A stretch of 64,000 nucleotides of DNA from Chiloscyllium plagiosum. Lineage: Eukaryota. The notes under the pieces were generated by a model. It was given only the letters and a program-made list of their open reading frames with translations. It was not told the origin of the DNA and did no database searches. Made by a program: the position numbers and the translations under genes. Of the stretch, positions 60,248-64,000 are shown piece after piece (the stretch's first letter is position 1; each line of letters opens with the position of its first letter). Location: contig NC_057718.1 in NCBI RefSeq assembly GCF_004010195.1, forward strand, positions 28,332,377 to 28,396,376. Reading direction: 5' to 3'.

Positions 60248-61516
60248 ATGGGTCTTAAATTGCTAAAGAGGTTCTGGGATTTGAAGATGATTCTCAGATT
60301 TGCCAAGCAAGTTTAGAAGGAAAGAAAAAGGCCATACTTTTAGAATTAGCAAAGAAATTCGATTTAGGTTTAACCAAGGACAAATGTAAAGCTGAAATTA
60401 TAAGGGAATTACTCAAACACTTAGGTGTGTCAGAGAAACAGACAAGTTAGAAAAACTTAAATTACAATTGAGGAAAATGGAGTTGGAAGATAAACGGAGA
60501 GGGAAAGAGAGGATAAATAGAGAGAGAAAGTTCTTGGCTGACCAAAGAGAAAGAGGGGGGAAAGGGAGAGAGAAAGAGAGAGAAGAGAGACACATAAGCA
60601 AGAGAGAGAGAGAAGGTTCTTGGCTGAGCAAAGAGAGAGAGAAGAAAGAGAGAGAGAATTTGAACTTGAGAGGTTGTGACTTAGCAAAGTTAAATTAACA
60701 GGATGGAGATAGAGATGAAAAGAGAGCGTGGTGATATATATAAATGTCAAAAATCTGCCACATTTTGATGAGAAAAATTTTGAAGCCTTCTTTATTTCAT
60801 TCAAAAAATTGGCTAGGCAGATGGAGTGGTCTGAGGTTTTATGGAAAATGCTAGTTCAGACTAAACTGGTAGGCAGAGCTAGTGAGGTATTTGCCACGAT
60901 GTCAGATGAGGTGCCAAGAGGCCAAGAGATTATGAAGACGTTAAATGGGTTATTGTAAGTGCTTATGAATTGGTACCAGAAGCATATAGACAGCAGTTCA
61001 GAAACACAAAGAAGGAACCAGGTCAGACGTATGTTGAGTTTGAAAGAATTAACATAGTCATTTTGATTGATGGGTGCATGCTTCGAAAATACATAGGACA
61101 TTTGAGGCTCTAAGAGAGATTATTCTGCTGGATGAGTTTAAAAACTCACTTCCAGAGATAAGAATTCATGTGGAGGAACAGAAAGTTCAGGAAGTGAAAA
61201 GGGTAGCAGAATTAGCAGGTGAATACATGTTGGTGCATAAGACAAGCTTCCGGCCAGAATTTTGACTTGTGAGGGATAGAAATTGGGAGAAGGGGAGATC
61301 CTATGCTGCTAAACCAAGAGTCAAGTGCACTGGTAAGAGTTTACCACAGAATAAAAAAGACACCCAAGATGGTGGAAAGGAGTTGAAAGGCCTCAGGTGT
61401 TTCCACTGTGGTAAAGTGGGACACGTAAAGACACAGTGCTGGTCATTAAAGAAAGGCATTGTGGGAAAAGATGTGGTAAAAGAAGCTAAGCCAGTGGCAT
61501 TGGTGAAGGTAGCATA
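60248..61516 (+). pseudogene. Gag (E/R-rich coil, capsid, CCHC knuckle), disrupted
   Basis: LPHFDE..FEAFF, YELVPEAYRQQFR, LREIILLDEFKNSLP, CX2CX4HX4C. Confidence 0.85.
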
Positions 61517-61578
61517 GGAGACCCCCAAGAAGAGCTGAGGAGCTGCAGGAGAGTGCACAGCCTTGGCAGGGGCTGGGT

Positions 61579-64000
61579 ATGCAGTTAGTACCTGATCTCT
61601 ACAAAGAATTTGCCTCTGTGGGTAAAGTTTACTCAGAAAGAACAGGAGGAGAAGGACAAGAAGTTATAATTTTGAGAGATACAGGATCTAACCAGTTGCT
61701 GATAGAAAGGGATGAGCGAATATGCATTCTTTCTGATCTGTTACCTGAGAGTGTGGTAATTTGTGGGATAGATGGACAGAAATTTAGCATTCCCCTATAT
61801 AAGATCAGGTTGGAGTGTCAACTGGGGAAGTTAAGGTGGGAGTGGTTGACAGTATCAGTTCCAGGAATTCAGTTTGTTCTTGGGAATGATTTGGCAGGAT
61901 CCAAGGTGGGAGTGACATCCCTTGTTGTGGAGAAGCCCAAGGTAGACCAAGAAACTGAGGAGTTAAAACAGAAATACCCTGGTATTTTCCCAGACTATGT
62001 GGTAACCAGATCCCACTATTATAAGTCACAGCACGAAGTGAAAAGTAAAGAGAAAGATGAAGGAGTTGAAGTTCAGTTAGTGGACACCCTGTTTGACATA
62101 ATGGTGCAGGAAAGACCTGAACAGGCAGAGGGTCAGACAGCAGTATTTAGTCCTGAAGGGTTAAGAGTCCTGCAACAGCATGACAAGATGATAATAGATA
62201 CATATGTGGATGCATACTCTGAAAAGGAGGCAGACAATGTTCCGGAGGGTTTTTATATGGAAGATAGAATCCTAAGATGGAAATAGAGACCACGGCAGGG
62301 TAGTGCAGAGGAGAAATGGGCCGAAGTGCACCAGATTGTGTTGCCGGTAGCATATAGACAGGAAGTGTAACGGGTAGCACATGAACTACCTGTAGGAGGT
62401 CACCTCGAAAGACTCAGGCTAAGGTACAAAAACATTTGTATTGGCCTGGAATGCACAAGGATGTGGTTAACTTTTGCCGTACGTGTCATACATGCCAAAT
62501 GGTAAGTAAGCCTCAGGTGGTAATAAAACAAGCACCTTTTTTTGCCAATTCCCGCAGTTGAAGAACCTTTCACACGGGTTATAATTGAATGTGTAGGTCC
62601 CCTCCTGAGAACTAAAGATGGGAACCAGTACTTGTTAACTATAATGATTGTGTCTATCAGATTTCCAGAGGCAATTCCATTACAGAGTATCAAGGCAAAA
62701 AGGGTAGTAGAGGCGTTAGTAGCTTTCTTCACACAGTATGGGTTACTCAGAGAGATTCAGTCAGACTGAGGGGCAAATTTTACTGCTAGGCTGTTTTAGG
62801 AGGTTATGGATAGCTTAGGTATAAAGCAGTTTAAATCCCGTGCATATCATCCTGAATCCCAGAGAGCTTTAGAAAGGTGGCATCAGACTTTGAAGACCAT
62901 GTTGAGAGCATATTGTCAGGATTACCCAAATGATTGGGATAAAGGTATCCCATTCGTATTGTTTGCCATTAGCGATTCCCCAAACAAATCTACTCAATTT
63001 ACTCCCTTTGAGTTAATATTCAGTCGAAGTGAGAGGCCCTTTGAAATTAATTAAAGAAAAATTGACAGGACCAAAGTCGGAGATCTCACACTTAGATTAT
63101 GTATCGGAGGTGAGGGAGAGAATAAATTTAGTAGGTGAGTTAGCTAAACAGCACCTAAAGAGGGCACAGTATAGAATGAAGCAGGTGGCAGATAAAGGTT
63201 CTGAGACTCAGACATTTTCCAAAGGGGATAATGTGTTAGTATTGTAACCATTGATAGGAGATCCTTTCAATTTCAGTTTTAGTGATCCCTATCACATTGA
63301 GAAAAAGTTGGGCCAGTTGAAGTATTTAGTAAAGATGCCAGATAGGCAAAAAATGGATGGGATACGTCATGTGAAACCGTATTATACCAGAGAGAAAGGA
63401 CAGGAGAAATAGGTGCTAGTTACTGCCCCGCGGAGTGAGGAATCAAATCCAGATGATATGGATTTTGAGGTGCCTCAAAATAGATTTTAAAATGAAGACG
63501 TCCTTGACGAGTAGGATAGGTCAGTAAGCTATCTGTCTCATGAGCATAGAATGCAATTGAAAGATTTGTTATGCCAGCATAAGGACATATGTAAGAATCA
63601 GATGGGGAGGACTAATGTACATGAAGCAGTTGTAGAGAACACTGCTCTGATAAACAACACCCTTATTGGCTTAATCCTTTCTAAGCCAGACAGGTCCAAA
63701 TGGAGGTGGAGGCCACGCTCGACGAGAACATCATCGAACCAAGCCAGACCAAGTGGAGTTCACCGATTGTCTTAGTTCCCAAACTGGACTGGACTCAACG
63801 ATTTTGTGTGGATTATTGGAAGGTCAAGGCTGTTACAAAATAGGACTCATATTCAATTCCTCGATTGGCGGACTGTACTGAGAAAGTTGGTCAAGCCACT
63901 TATATCACCAAGTTGGACTTAATGCGTGGTTACTGGCAGGTACCTTTATCAGAGTTGGCAAAAGAAATTTCTGCATTTGTAACCCCAAATGGGCTATATC
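61579..64000 (+). pseudogene. Pol: aspartic protease, integrase (~62300-63400), RT start (~63600-end), disrupted
   Basis: DTGS; AHELPVGGH...CRTCHTC; PFTRVIIECVGPL, RFPEAIPL, YHPESQ..LERWH; WSSPIVLVPK, RFCVDY, KLDLMRGYWQVPL, AFVTPNGLY. Confidence 0.9.

Larger units (their letters stand above)
59047..64000 (+). mobile_element. Gmr1-like Gypsy LTR retrotransposon (gag-PR-IN-RT order), disrupted, runs off the window
   Basis: LTR+PBS; gag FEAFF..F.K.A..M.W; CFHCGKVGHVKTQC; protease LRDTGS; integrase; then RT. Confidence 0.9.

Overview
This is vertebrate genomic DNA, most likely from a shark or ray. That assignment is inferred from HE1-type V-SINEs, Deu-domain SINE relics, abundant CR1 LINEs and Penelope-like elements (PLEs). 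One host gene is supportable: the terminal coding exon of the two-pore K+ channel KCNK12/THIK-2 (21336-22234, +). Its upstream exon lies outside the window, so 1-21335 is probably intron. The rest is mostly decayed, often nested transposons: two near full-length CR1s (13137-17378 -, 40768-46337 +), many truncated CR1/L2/RTE pieces, two coding PLE relics, about 9 short, mostly palindromic PLE-terminus inserts, and a Gmr1-type LTR retrotransposon (integrase upstream of RT) from 59047 to the window end. The most interesting signals are RNA-level. The short PLE inserts carry minimal hammerhead-ribozyme motifs, one with a compensatory U3-A8 core inside a 186-bp palindrome with a 16-bp TSD. Two divergent CR1 subfamilies also share a structured 5' UTR motif. 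I see no intact novel protein-coding system. Repeat boundaries were read by eye and are approximate (tens of bp) unless anchored by a TSD, splice site or terminal motif.
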